Positions 28,902 through 38,940 of a DNA stretch of 64,000 bases are shown here, piece by piece. The translations under genes and the position numbers were made by a program. The DNA lies in NCBI GenBank assembly GCA_023475105.1, contig JAMCWJ010000030.1, positions 1,743 through 65,742 on the forward strand, in the 5' to 3' direction. This DNA is from Nitrospirota bacterium (GTDB taxonomy: Bacteria > Nitrospirota > Thermodesulfovibrionia > Thermodesulfovibrionales > UBA9159). The notes beneath the pieces are model-generated. The model was not told the origin of the DNA. It saw only the letters and a program-made list of their open reading frames with translations, and ran no database searches. Each line of letters opens with the position of its first letter. Position 1 is the first letter of the stretch.

Positions 28902-29440
28902 TGGGCTTTGTCTGCCCATCGTGGCTTTCTTTCATCCTGTACAACCCTCTCAGAAAGGCGCTGACCGACAGGGAAGGTGTCCTGCAGGAATCGGAGGTCT
29001 CCCTCAATTCTGCGGTGCTCGAAATCGGCGCAGGCAACGGCTTTTTCACCGAAGTGCTGGCCGGTCGCGCCGGGAAGGTCTATGCCGTGGAACTTCAGGA
29101 GGGCATGATAAGGAAGCTCAGGAAGAGGACCGCTCACTATGGCGATAAGGTCCAAATCCTCCGGTGCGATATCGCTGCATGCGCGATCGGAGAGGACCTG
29201 GCCGATGTCTGCCTCATGTATTACAGCTTTCATGAAGTGAAGGACAAGCCCGGAGCAGCGCAAAATATCGCAGGCGCGCTCAGGGCGGGAGGAGTGCTTT
29301 CGGTCTACGAGCCGTCCGTGGAGGTGGGAGGGTCTGCGATGCGGGAGACCGTCGCCCTCTTCGAACGCATCGGTTTCGCCAGGGTGGAGGAACGCGCCGG
29401 ACTCTTTACGAGATTTGCCAAACTCAGGAAGAATGTGTGA
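28901..29440 (+). CDS. class I SAM-dependent methyltransferase
   Basis: Motif I VLEIGAGNGFFTEVLA. The start overlaps the preceding stop. Confidence 0.75.
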   Translation: MGFVCPSWLSFILYNPLRKALTDREGVLQESEVSLNSAVLEIGAGNGFFTEVLAGRAGKVYAVELQEGMIRKLRKRTAHYGDKVQILRCDIAACAIGEDLADVCLMYYSFHEVKDKPGAAQNIAGALRAGGVLSVYEPSVEVGGSAMRETVALFERIGFARVEERAGLFTRFAKLRKNV

Positions 29441-29502
29441 CTTTGATTTATTCGCGAAATTTTGTACAATAGACCGGTACGGTCAACGGGAGTACACCGA
29501 GA

Positions 29503-29575
29503 GGGCGGTTAGCTCAGCTGGGAGAGCACCACGTTCGCAACGTGGGGGTCGAGGGTTCGAATCCCTTACCGTCCA
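29503..29575 (+). tRNA. tRNA-Ala (CGC)
   Basis: GGGCGGTTAGCTCAGCTGGGAGAGCACCACGTTCGCAACGTGGGGGTCGAGGGTTCGAATCCCTTACCGTCCA. G3:U70 identity pair, anticodon loop TT-CGC-AA, CCA not encoded. Confidence 0.9.
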
Positions 29576-29849
29576 CTTTCTTTTTTCTTCGGCGGTTGCT
29601 TCCTTTCTGACATATCCATCGAATCCGCCGATTACGTTCGGGAACAAGGAGTATCCACACGCTTTGCTTTACAGTCGCTTGTGCTTTCCGGGGTCTGAAA
29701 CAGTCCGGCCGACTTGGCCTATGCCGGATTGTCGAAAGACGTATTTATTACGGCCAGTTACGCCCTTGTGCAAGGAATATCAAAAGAAAAGCAAAATATG
29801 TGTAGCGGGTTCCTCGCCGTTCGTGATATATGGGGATAGAGGTGTGCTC

Positions 29850-30131
29850 ATGATGGTTTATAGTGGTGGCGAGAAAAGGAGCGAACCGCGCCGGACGTAT
29901 TATGCCTCTGTGCAGTATGCTTTGGCGGGGGCTGAGGAAAGAATACTCAAGGGGACGGTCATCAATATCAGCCTCTCGGGAATGGGCATGTTTTGCTATA
30001 ATCCTCTCTCCGAGGGACAGGAGATCATCGTGAGGAATATCTCCCCGCGCTCTCATTTCTGTTACCAGGTTCAGTGGAGTCAGAAACTCGGAGAGGACTT
30101 CTTTCTTGTCGGGCTGAAGATGAAGGAATGA
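29850..30131 (+). CDS. PilZ-domain protein
   Basis: EKRSEPRRTYYASVQY...GTVINISLSGMGMF carries the RxxxR ... D/NxSxxG c-di-GMP motif pattern. The long listed ORF 29415.. runs through the tRNA, so only this part is credible. Confidence 0.65.
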   Translation: MMVYSGGEKRSEPRRTYYASVQYALAGAEERILKGTVINISLSGMGMFCYNPLSEGQEIIVRNISPRSHFCYQVQWSQKLGEDFFLVGLKMKE

Positions 30132-30295
30132 CATGCCGGCAAGTGCTTCGTGAAACGTGTGATCCCCGTAAGCAGCCGTACACGCCGGGGCCTCTTTCCC
30201 GCCTCTGCCTCTGAAGATAACGCCCTAACCGGCCCCTCCCGATGATTTTTTGCGAAGACTGTGGTATAGTACGGCATTCTCTTGTCAGGTGAGAA

Positions 30296-30904
30296 ATGAA
30301 GGTAAAAGAGATCTCTTTACTTTTTATCATTTCGACGGTTTTCCTTCTTCAATCATGCAATACCAGTCGCGACCAACAGATGCATGCCCCGCTGAGGTTA
30401 GACCCTTCAGTTGCTGCCGGAAGCACGAGCGGAATCGAGATACCGAGAGGCAGAATAGCGAAAAACGCATCCCTGAGAAAGATGGGGTTCGTTTTCGAAC
30501 GCGACAAGGATATTGCCGGCAGGCCGAACTATATAGGGTATTGCAAAAAGGTCCCCGCTACCTTTCAGTTGATAGGACGGGCGGACAACCTTGATTCCGT
30601 AACAGTGCTCGCGGTGCTGGACGCCGACAGCGAACGAAATTGCCTCCTTCTGGCCCCGATGATATCGGCAGCCGTAGCAATAGACAAGAACTCCGGCGGC
30701 TGGGTAGCGCGAGAGCTTAACAATATACTGATGGAAAGGAAACTATTCAGAAAATCGTATGTCGAGCAAAGGGATTTTGGAAAAAGGAGATTCGAGATCA
30801 CGGTCACCGATAATATAGTGATGCTGACCGTGAATTCCGCACGCAATGCCGCAACTCAAACAGGAATGAACAGGGGAGGAAAGAAGGCCGGCGCCACGGG
30901 GTAG
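30296..30904 (+). CDS. hypothetical lipoprotein
   Basis: Signal plus lipobox: MKVKEISLLFIISTVFLLQSC. Confidence 0.55.
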   Translation: MKVKEISLLFIISTVFLLQSCNTSRDQQMHAPLRLDPSVAAGSTSGIEIPRGRIAKNASLRKMGFVFERDKDIAGRPNYIGYCKKVPATFQLIGRADNLDSVTVLAVLDADSERNCLLLAPMISAAVAIDKNSGGWVARELNNILMERKLFRKSYVEQRDFGKRRFEITVTDNIVMLTVNSARNAATQTGMNRGGKKAGATG

Positions 30905-31229
30905 TTCCCTCGCGGCCTGATCGTCCCGGGTTTGTCCGGAAGTGCCTGCAGTTCTTTGACGATTCTTCCCTTCCCTGAGTCTATCACACCTGTCCCCGCT
31001 GTCCTGAAAGCGCCGATCCCGCAATTTATCCTGCGCTAAGTCTTCATTCCCGTCCTCCTTTTCCTCAGGGGGAGGCGACGCCTGCCGGTTCCGAAGCCCC
31101 CCGGACGATTAAGATTCCGTAATGCTTTTTTTTGAAAACTATGAAAAAATGGTATGGTGAGAGGTAAGAAAACGTGCAACTTCGGGCAACTCTAACACGA
31201 GAAGCATGCAGGAGGGAGGAGGGATCTCA

Positions 31230-31607
31230 ATGAGAAGCGTTCTCTGTGTGGCGGTCGTCCTGTGTAGTCTCTGTCCGGTTTTCGCAGGGGAAAGACCCGA
31301 CAGGATTTATACGAACCAGGACCTGGAGAAGTATAAGTCAGGCGGCGGCAGAGGAAGCGTGGCCGTCAAATCTTTCCCTCACGGGGGATTCAGCAAGTGC
31401 TTTGAACTGGATTCGATGGAGGAAGCGGAACTGAAAAGCTTCCTGCACGAACTCGATGTCATGCGGGACCGGTTTATGGCAGGCTCTTTCTCCGATGAGG
31501 CGAAACTGGGCATCGCAAAATCGATAAAGGCCTGCAGGGAAAAAGTGGAAGCGAAACTGAAAGCAAAAAAGAACAGGAACAGCCGGGGAGTGCTCGGCTA
31601 TATCTAG
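31230..31607 (+). CDS. hypothetical secreted protein
   Basis: RBS GGAGGGAGGAGGG precedes the ATG. Signal peptide MRSVLCVAVVLCSLCPVFAG. Confidence 0.5.
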   Translation: MRSVLCVAVVLCSLCPVFAGERPDRIYTNQDLEKYKSGGGRGSVAVKSFPHGGFSKCFELDSMEEAELKSFLHELDVMRDRFMAGSFSDEAKLGIAKSIKACREKVEAKLKAKKNRNSRGVLGYI

Positions 31608-31690
31608 AAAGGCAGACTGTTTTATCTTATCCGCCCCCCGGTATTTGTCTTACAGGGGGGAAAAGTGACTCATCCGAACGGGACGACGCA

Positions 31691-32227
31691 TCACTGCGCG
31701 GCGTCTTCTTCGGGGACTTCCGGCGAGTAACCAAATCTGTCGGAGGTAAAGGCGAGAACGCTGAAAACCACGAGCGAAATGATGCCCCATGCCAGACCGA
31801 CAACGACGCTCAGGTCGATAATTCCCCTCCAGGGCTGAGGCAGGAGGCGGACCAGCAGGATCAGCGCCACGATGCCAGCAGTCACGGAAAAGGAGGTGAT
31901 TTTCCTTCTTTTCGTAGCGTGCAGGAAGCCCATACAGAAAAAGGGGCCGAGTACGGCATGGAGGAGCTTCGGGTGGTCCTTCAGATAGCGGGCCCTTGCT
32001 GCCACCCGCGGCGAAAAACGCTGCTGGAAGGCACGGTAACCTTCCGCGTAAGCCATACCCAGGACGCTCAGCGCGAGAACGCCCCAATGATACCAGAGGA
32101 GGTCGAAGGAAAAAGCGGCGAGCGCAATTCCGGAAAGACGGTACACGGCGCCGGCCAGCAGCAACAAAACCCCTCCTAGTCCCCAAATCGCTCCGCACAT
32201 TCCCATAAAGATGCCGCGCCCTTTCAT
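31691..32227 (-). CDS. hypothetical polytopic membrane protein
   Basis: Four or five hydrophobic helices (GMCGAIWGLGGVLLLLAGAV, WGVLALSVLGMAYA, ...). I chose the start at MKGRGIF. Confidence 0.55.
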   Translation of the reverse strand: MKGRGIFMGMCGAIWGLGGVLLLLAGAVYRLSGIALAAFSFDLLWYHWGVLALSVLGMAYAEGYRAFQQRFSPRVAARARYLKDHPKLLHAVLGPFFCMGFLHATKRRKITSFSVTAGIVALILLVRLLPQPWRGIIDLSVVVGLAWGIISLVVFSVLAFTSDRFGYSPEVPEEDAAQ

Positions 32228-32381
32228 GTCGGACCTCTTGCGCCGGGCCGTGAGCCTGCCGGGCTCCGAAAGAGGACCTCGTTCCTCTCTACTATACCCG
32301 GAGTTCGCCGCGAGCACAAGCAGGCCTGCCTCCCAAAATCCGCCGTGGACCCTTCTCTTGAAGACCGCGGGGACGTGGCCC

Positions 32382-32411
32382 TTGTCTCGCCCTCTCCCGT
32401 CGGGTTATAAT
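32382..32411 (+). promoter_or_regulatory. candidate sigma70-type promoter upstream of leuC
   Basis: TTGTCT, 18 nt, TATAAT (32406-32411), 37 nt upstream of the ATG. Confidence 0.35.
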
Positions 32412-32447
32412 ATATACCTTAATTCTACTATTTGGACGGAAAACACC

Positions 32448-33710
32448 ATGACAATCACGGAAAAGATTCTCGCCGCACACTCGGGGAAACCGGAAGCGGT
32501 CCCCGGTGAACTGATCAATGCCAGGGTCGATTTGATCCTTGCCAATGATATCACCGCGCCGATCGCGATTGAGGAATTCAAGAAGATTGGCGCCAAGGAC
32601 GTCTTCGACAGGGAGCGTGTCGTATTCGTTCCCGATCATTTTGCTCCCCAAAAGGACATCAAAGCCGCGGAGCAGTGCAGGATGCTGAAAGAGTTTTCGA
32701 GGGAGCACCGCCTCAGCCTTTATTTCGAGGTCGGGAGGATGGGCGTCGAACACGCCCTTTTGCCCGAACAGGGCCTGGTGGTTCCGGGAGACCTCGTTAT
32801 CGGCGCAGACAGCCATACCTGCACCTATGGCGCCCTCGGCGCGTTTGCGACGGGGGTCGGCTCGACGGATGTCGCCGCTGCGATGGCTACGGGGGAGTGC
32901 TGGTTCAAGGTCCCTGAGTCGATGAAGTTCATCTATTACGGAACGCGGAACAAATGGGTCGGAGGAAAGGACCTGATCCTTCATACCATAGGCGACATAG
33001 GCGTCGACGGTGCGTTATACAGGGCCATGGAATTTGACGGGGAGGCGATAAGGAATTTACCCATGTACGGAAGGTTGACCATGTGCAACATGGCGATTGA
33101 GGCCGGGGGCAAGAGCGGCATTGTCGTTCCCGACGCGGTGACCGAAGCGTATGCGAGAGGGCGGGCGAAGAGACCGTATACCTCGTACGGGTCCGACCCC
33201 GATGCCCGGTATGTCGAGATCAGGGAATACGACTGCGCGACGATACCGTTGACCGTGTCGTGCCCGCATCTTCCTTCGAACACGAAGCCGGCGGCCGAGC
33301 TTGCGGACGTCGCCATCGACCAGGTTGTCGTCGGCTCATGCACGAACGGAAGGCTTGAAGACCTGCGGGAGGCCGCTGCCGTTATCAGGGGGAAGAAGGT
33401 GAACCCGAATGTGAGAATGATCGTTATCCCCGCCACCCAGCAGATTTACCGGGACGCGATGAAGGAGGGGCTCCTCGAGATATTTATCGACGCCGAAGCG
33501 GTCGTCTCGACGCCGACCTGCGGGCCGTGTCTCGGGGGCTATATGGGTATTCTCGCCAAAGGCGAAAAGGCGCTTGCGACGACGAACAGGAACTTTATCG
33601 GGAGGATGGGTCATCCCGGGAGCGAGGTCTACCTCTCGAACCCTGCGGTGGCTGCGGCATCGGCAGTGCTCGGAAGGATTGCGGTGCCGGAGGAGGTCTG
33701 CGAGGAATGA
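32448..33710 (+). CDS. leuC: 3-isopropylmalate/homoaconitate dehydratase large subunit (archaeal-type aconitase-family LeuC/HacA)
   Basis: [14 protein letters not shown]...[12 protein letters not shown]...VFVPDHFAP...[20 protein letters not shown]...[12 protein letters not shown]...[10 protein letters not shown]. Confidence 0.9.
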   Translation: MTITEKILAAHSGKPEAVPGELINARVDLILANDITAPIAIEEFKKIGAKDVFDRERVVFVPDHFAPQKDIKAAEQCRMLKEFSREHRLSLYFEVGRMGVEHALLPEQGLVVPGDLVIGADSHTCTYGALGAFATGVGSTDVAAAMATGECWFKVPESMKFIYYGTRNKWVGGKDLILHTIGDIGVDGALYRAMEFDGEAIRNLPMYGRLTMCNMAIEAGGKSGIVVPDAVTEAYARGRAKRPYTSYGSDPDARYVEIREYDCATIPLTVSCPHLPSNTKPAAELADVAIDQVVVGSCTNGRLEDLREAAAVIRGKKVNPNVRMIVIPATQQIYRDAMKEGLLEIFIDAEAVVSTPTCGPCLGGYMGILAKGEKALATTNRNFIGRMGHPGSEVYLSNPAVAAASAVLGRIAVPEEVCEE

Positions 33711-34600
33711 AGACTGAGCGTGATGGGGGGTGTGTTCTGAAACTCGGGCTCCCGAAGGGGAGTCTCCAGGAATCGACGCTGAGGCTGTTCAAGAAGGCCG
33801 GCTATCATATAAGCGTCTCCGCACGTTCCTATTATCCCGTCTTTGACGACCCCGAAATAGAATCGATGCTCATAAGGGCCCAGGAGATGGCCCGGTATGT
33901 CGAAGACGGCGTCCTGGACTGCGGCCTCACCGGCCTTGACTGGATACTCGAGCAGAACGCGGATGTGGTCGAGGTCGCCGAACTGCGGTACGGCAAGGAA
34001 GGATTCAGACCGGTACACTGGGTCGTAGCCGTTCCCGCAGATTCGAAGATCAAGGGCCTCAGAGACCTCAACGGGAAGCGGGTCGCTACGGAGCTCGTGG
34101 GGTTCACCAAGAGGTATTTCAAATCGAAGGGGATAAAGGCCGAGGTGGATTTCTCATGGGGCGCGACCGAGGTGAAGCCGCCCTATCTTGCGGACGCCAT
34201 TGTCGAGATCACCGAAACGGGCACCTCGCTCAAGGCGAACAACCTCAGGATCGTCGAGACGATTATCGAGTCGACCACAAGGTTCATCGCGAACAGGAAG
34301 GCCTGGCATGACAAGCGGAAGCGGCAGAAGATGGAGAATGTCGCGTTGCTGCTCAGGGGCGCCCTGGCTGCGGAAGAGAAGGTCGGGCTGAAAATGAACG
34401 TGCCGGAAAAGGCCTTCAAAAAGGTACAGAGTCTGCTTTCCGCCATGCACTCTCCGACGGTTTCTTGTCTTTCGGACAAGGGCTGGTACGCGATCGACGT
34501 GGTGATCGACGAAAGGACCGTGAGAGACATCATCCCCAAGCTGAAAAGCGCGGGCGCCTCGGGTATTGTCGAATATCAGCTGAACAAGGTCATCCCGTAG
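33707..34600 (+). CDS. hisG: ATP phosphoribosyltransferase, long form
   Basis: ATGA overlap with leu[23 protein letters not shown]...[26 protein letters not shown]...[17 protein letters not shown]-terminal regulatory domain is present. Confidence 0.9.
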   Translation: MKTERDGGCVLKLGLPKGSLQESTLRLFKKAGYHISVSARSYYPVFDDPEIESMLIRAQEMARYVEDGVLDCGLTGLDWILEQNADVVEVAELRYGKEGFRPVHWVVAVPADSKIKGLRDLNGKRVATELVGFTKRYFKSKGIKAEVDFSWGATEVKPPYLADAIVEITETGTSLKANNLRIVETIIESTTRFIANRKAWHDKRKRQKMENVALLLRGALAAEEKVGLKMNVPEKAFKKVQSLLSAMHSPTVSCLSDKGWYAIDVVIDERTVRDIIPKLKSAGASGIVEYQLNKVIP

Positions 34601-34703
34601 CCATCATCGACCGGTTCAGGTCCGAGAGGATGGCGCGTTTTTCGGAAGTTTTACCGGCGCACTCGCACTCCGGAAGCTTGGAATAGAGTTCCTGGCGAGA
34701 CCG

Positions 34704-35481
34704 GTGAATCTTGACGGTTCCTCCACCTATTGGGGCTATATTTTCGTCAGGAAGGACAGCGGCATCGGGAACGTGGGGGATATGAAGGGCAAGAGGTTTG
34801 TATTCGTAGATAGGGCGACGACCGCGGGATATGTGTTTCCCGTCGCTTTTCTCAGGGAACAAGGGGTGGTTGATGTCGGTGCCTATTTCAGGGAAACGTA
34901 TTTTGCGGGCAGTCACGACGCCGCGATTTACGCGGTCCTCGGCGGGAAGGCCGACGTCGGGTGCGCGAAGCATTCGATGTTCGACAGGGTGGCGCGGTCC
35001 GATCCGAGAGTAAGGAAGGAGTTGCTCATTCTCGCGGAATCGCCGAAGGTGCCGTCTAACGGCCTCGGCGTGAGAAGCGATCTGGAGCCCGCGGTGAAAG
35101 ACGTGCTGATGGACCTTGGTGCTGGCCCTTTTTCTGGCGCTGGGGGTCTCGGTCCATCTCACCAGAGCGATCACGAAGCCGGTGAATGAACTGGTCCTGT
35201 CGGCGAGGATGATCGCATCGGGGGATCTCTCGATCGGTACGGCGCAGCAGGGCGGCCAGATCGCGATCAGGTTCAGGGACAGCGGACACGGCATCCCTGA
35301 AGAGGTGCTCCAAAGGATCTTCGAGCCTTTCTTTACGACGAAGAAGGACAGGGGAACGGGTCTCGGCCTCTCGATCAGCTACCGCATCATGCAGGAACAC
35401 GGCGGTTGGATCGACGTGGAAAGCGTCGAGGGAAAAGGATCGACCTTCACGGTGAAGGTGCCTGTCAGGGCGCTCGCGTAG
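34704..35481 (+). pseudogene. remnant of a PhnD-like-sensor histidine kinase (5' truncated, frameshift ~35110-35118, internal deletion ~35240)
   Basis: A partial PhnD-type periplasmic domain (YWGYIFVRKDSGIGNVGDMKGKRFVFVDRATTAGYVFP...GSHDAAIYAVLGGKADVG). After the frame change come a TM segment and HAMP start ([21 protein letters not shown]), joined directly to the HATPase G1/G2 region ([10 protein letters not shown]...[18 protein letters not shown]). No H-box or N-box. Confidence 0.7.
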
Positions 35482-35679
35482 GGCCTTCGGGAGTGGAGTG
35501 ACGGTTCCTCCAGTAAGTGTTTTCACAGAAACGTGTGCCTCAAAAGGATGTGACTATCCCGAAGAGTGCGACCGGCTCCGACTAAGAATACTCGGCATCG
35601 GCAGGTTGCCGGGTTTGGGACGGAGATCCTCATCCTTGACGATATTGCACGCTGCTGATCATTTTCAGAACTCCCCGGG

Positions 35680-37158
35680 CTAATGAGTCGCCGCGACTTC
35701 TCCTTCGGCATTCCACCATCCGCCTCCCAGGGCGACAAAAAGAGCAACAGTATCCTGAAAGCGCTGGGCAAGCGCCTGGAGATAGCCGATCCTCGCCTGG
35801 TGATACTGGTAGTCTGCGACAAGAACCTGCAAGTAGTTGGCAATACCCGCCTGATAATTTGCCTGTACCAGCCTAAGCGCTTCTTGGGCCGCACTCAACG
35901 CCTGAGACTGAGCCTGCAGAGCATCAGCGTCATTTTCGAGCGCCCTTAGAGTATCGGCAACCTGGGCAAAGGCGCCCAGGACGGCCTGACGATAGTTGGC
36001 CAGGGATTGGTTGTAGCCCTCAATGGCCGCACTTCGCCTGGACTGCAAGGTGCCGCCATGGAACAGCGGAGCAGTAATGTTTGCGCCCAGACTCCAGATG
36101 CTGCCGGTATTCTTGAAGAGATCATTGAAGGAGGTTTTTTCAGCTCCGTAAGCGCCATTGAGAGTGAAATTCGGGAATAACGCGGCCGTGGCCACTCCAA
36201 TCTCCGCACTCGCACCGTGCAACTGGGCTTCAGCCGTGAGAATATCGGGGCGCTGGCGTACCAACTGCGAAGGCAGGGTTATCGGCAAATCGGCAGGAAG
36301 CGTAAGATCCGCCATGTCGATTTGCGGCGAAGTCCACTCTGCCGGCGCGTGACCCACCAGCGTTGCAAGCAGGTGATCAGCCTGATTGAGCTTTTGCCGG
36401 AGCGGAGGGAGTGTTGCCTCGGTTGCGGCCAGTTGACTCCTGAGGCTGAGCACGTTGGAGTACGGAACTGTTCCCGCCTGGGCCTGCAGTTCGGTAATCC
36501 TGATTTGCTCTTTCTCCAGGGCGATGGTCTGCTCAGTAGCCTTGATCTCTTCGCGGTAGGCTGCCCGGGCAATAACGGTGTTCACAATATTACCCGACAA
36601 GGCGAGGTAAGTGCCTAGGACCATATATTGCTGAAAGTCCACCTGAGCCTGCAGGCCCTCCACGGCGCGGCGTTCCCCGCCAAAGATGTCGAGGGCATAG
36701 CTCACCGTGGCAGAAAGCGTGAAAAGATTAAAGATGGTACTGCTTGCGGAACTCCCGCCGAACCGGGCCTGGGACAACTTCTGGCGCGTCGCGTCGAAAC
36801 CCGCATCAACCTGGGGGTAGAACACTCCATAACCGGCCCTGAGATTATCCTGGCTCTGACGCAGGCTCGCCTGGGCGGCCTGCAGGGTGGGGTTGTTGGC
36901 CATAGCTTCTCTTATCACGGTGTCCAGCTTTGAGGAGTTGAAAAGACGCCACCAGTCCGAGACAATCCCGGCGCCCTTTTCGAAGCGCTGCGCCTGACCG
37001 TCTGCCGCGACCGTTGCGCCCGGCTGCGAACCGCTGGTGTAATGCTCAATCCGGGGAGGTTCGGGACGGACAAAATCCGGTCCCACGGTGCAGCCAATCA
37101 TAGAGAACAGGGATGCCGCCCACAACCCCCACAGCGCCGTTAAGTCCCTCTTCAGCAA
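35680..37158 (-). CDS. efflux outer-membrane factor lipoprotein, NodT family
   Basis: Lipobox LFSMIGC. DFVRPE...WWRLFNS.KLD...AMANNPTLQAAQA. Two TolC-like repeats. Confidence 0.9.
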   Translation of the reverse strand: MLKRDLTALWGLWAASLFSMIGCTVGPDFVRPEPPRIEHYTSGSQPGATVAADGQAQRFEKGAGIVSDWWRLFNSSKLDTVIREAMANNPTLQAAQASLRQSQDNLRAGYGVFYPQVDAGFDATRQKLSQARFGGSSASSTIFNLFTLSATVSYALDIFGGERRAVEGLQAQVDFQQYMVLGTYLALSGNIVNTVIARAAYREEIKATEQTIALEKEQIRITELQAQAGTVPYSNVLSLRSQLAATEATLPPLRQKLNQADHLLATLVGHAPAEWTSPQIDMADLTLPADLPITLPSQLVRQRPDILTAEAQLHGASAEIGVATAALFPNFTLNGAYGAEKTSFNDLFKNTGSIWSLGANITAPLFHGGTLQSRRSAAIEGYNQSLANYRQAVLGAFAQVADTLRALENDADALQAQSQALSAAQEALRLVQANYQAGIANYLQVLVADYQYHQARIGYLQALAQRFQDTVALFVALGGGWWNAEGEVAATH

Positions 37159-37159
37159 T

Positions 37160-38245
37160 TCATTTTTCTCCTATGTAGACATCAACCAGCTGGCCGGGAT
37201 AGAGAGAGATATTCTTCGGCTTCCCAAACCTGAATATTACCGGCAGTACTCTTACATCAACCCTTTCAGTCCTTTGACTGGATAATTGAATCTTTGGCGA
37301 CACATAGGGCTGCACCCGCACATATTCCAGAGGAATACTGATATCCGTTCCTCGTATGAACATCTTTGCCTCCATTCGTGATGCCCGGGGCAGTTTGTGG
37401 ACGAGTATCTCATCAATGTAGCATCTGAGACCCATGTAGATCTGATGACTTCCCATGACGAGGACAGGACTAAATCCCTGCGTATAGGTGTCATATGCGC
37501 CCTGCGCCGATATGTAGCTGCCTACCGCAGCATTTATCGACAATAGTACCCCATCCACCGGTGCTTTTATGACGTACTTGGCGAGGAGAGCACTTGAAGC
37601 CGCATAGGCCTTTGACAACGCATTGTACTGATTTTCCTGGTTTTTTATATTATAAACCCATGCGCCTGCTTTGGTAAGTTCATACTGCTTCCTCACAACT
37701 TCGAGATTTGCCTTCGCCACTTTCACCGCATTCTCTGCGTTATCCAAAGCGTCTTTGCTTACTGATCTCGGATCCAGTTCATACGATTTCTTTTGCTTGT
37801 CCAGCTGGTCCTGCGCGCTCTTGAGGCTCGCGCTTGCGAACTCCACCTGGGCTTTTGCCACTTCCAAGTTTTCTTTTCTGGGCTGGGCCCTGAGTTCTTC
37901 AAGCAAGGCCAGTGCAGCTTCGGCTTGAGACTTCTGCTGCTCCGCGGTTGCCCGCTGAACGGAATCGTCCATTATGAGCAGCGGCGTTCCCTGACGCACA
38001 TCTTGTCCCTCGGAAACCAGGATTCTTGTGACAACTCCCGGTATTTCAGAGTATATGTTCACATTCTCCCCATTTGTCTGATAGCTTTCGATGATGCCGT
38101 TGGCATAGATGCCTTTTGCATAGGGGTTGGAGGCCGGACTAAACACCGGAGGCTGCGGTTTTTTCTCTATGCCGTATAGGTAGGCGCTCACGATACCGAT
38201 GATAATGCCCATGATTGAAAGAGAAAACAGCACCTTATTCCGCAT
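37160..38245 (-). CDS. HlyD/MacA/DevB-type periplasmic adaptor
   Basis: N-terminal TM, barrel-sandwich GVVTRILVSEGQDVRQGTPLLIMDD, and a long coiled-coil segment. Confidence 0.85.
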   Translation of the reverse strand: MRNKVLFSLSIMGIIIGIVSAYLYGIEKKPQPPVFSPASNPYAKGIYANGIIESYQTNGENVNIYSEIPGVVTRILVSEGQDVRQGTPLLIMDDSVQRATAEQQKSQAEAALALLEELRAQPRKENLEVAKAQVEFASASLKSAQDQLDKQKKSYELDPRSVSKDALDNAENAVKVAKANLEVVRKQYELTKAGAWVYNIKNQENQYNALSKAYAASSALLAKYVIKAPVDGVLLSINAAVGSYISAQGAYDTYTQGFSPVLVMGSHQIYMGLRCYIDEILVHKLPRASRMEAKMFIRGTDISIPLEYVRVQPYVSPKIQLSSQRTERVDVRVLPVIFRFGKPKNISLYPGQLVDVYIGEK

Positions 38246-38939
38246 ATAACCCTCCCTTTTCGACTCCCATGATCTTTCCGTCCTCCATCCTCATTATTCT
38301 GTCTGCGTATTCAAATATCCTGCTGTCATGGGTGACAATGATGATACACCGGTTCTCGTTCAGCACATTCTTCTTCACAAAATCCACGATTCTTCTCCCT
38401 GTGTCCCCATCCAGGGAAGCGGTGGGCTCGTCAAAGATCATGATATCGGGACGACTGGCGAGCGCCCTTGCGATGGCCACCCGCTGCTGCTCCCCTCCGC
38501 TTAACTTCACCGGAGTAAGGTACGCCCGGTCCCTGATCCCCACTATTTCGAGGTCTTGCAGGGCAGTGGCGAGGGATTCATTCCAGTCGAGCTTTTTCAA
38601 TATGAGGGGGATCGCGACATTTTCGACCGTGGTCAGCTTTGGGAAGAGGTGATAATCCTGAAATACGAATCCCACCGTATTCAATCTGAAATCGGCGATC
38701 TGGTCGGTCGACAGTTTCCAGATCTCCTTATCTTCCACGATCACCGTACCCGAATTAGGCCTGAGGATCCCCGAGATCATGCTCAGCAGCGTCGTCTTGC
38801 CGCTTCCCGACGGGCCTTCTATGTAAAGCATTTCTCCAAAGTGAGCGTCAAAGCTTACGCCTCTCACCGCCATGGTCCGGGCTTCCCCTTCACCGAACCA
38901 TTTGACCAGTTCTTTTGCGCTCACTGCCAGTCTGGCCAT
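38235..38939 (-). CDS. ABC transporter ATP-binding protein (MacB/LolD/DevA type)
   Basis: Walker A GPSGSGKTT. Signature LSGGEQQRVAIARAL. Walker B IMIFDEPT. Confidence 0.9.
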   Translation of the reverse strand: MARLAVSAKELVKWFGEGEARTMAVRGVSFDAHFGEMLYIEGPSGSGKTTLLSMISGILRPNSGTVIVEDKEIWKLSTDQIADFRLNTVGFVFQDYHLFPKLTTVENVAIPLILKKLDWNESLATALQDLEIVGIRDRAYLTPVKLSGGEQQRVAIARALASRPDIMIFDEPTASLDGDTGRRIVDFVKKNVLNENRCIIIVTHDSRIFEYADRIMRMEDGKIMGVEKGGLYAE

Positions 38940-38940
38940 G

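Noticed and set aside
29415-30131. A 238-aa ORF in the supplied track.
   Set aside because: It reads straight through tRNA-Ala (29503-29575). Only the C-terminal 93 codons from ATG 29850 (PilZ-like, with an upstream purine-rich RBS) are credible.
31634-31660. A CCCCCC-15 nt-GGGGGG hairpin between convergent genes, considered as a bidirectional terminator.
   Set aside because: The stem is only 6 bp with a large loop, and no U-tract follows on either strand. This is weak evidence.
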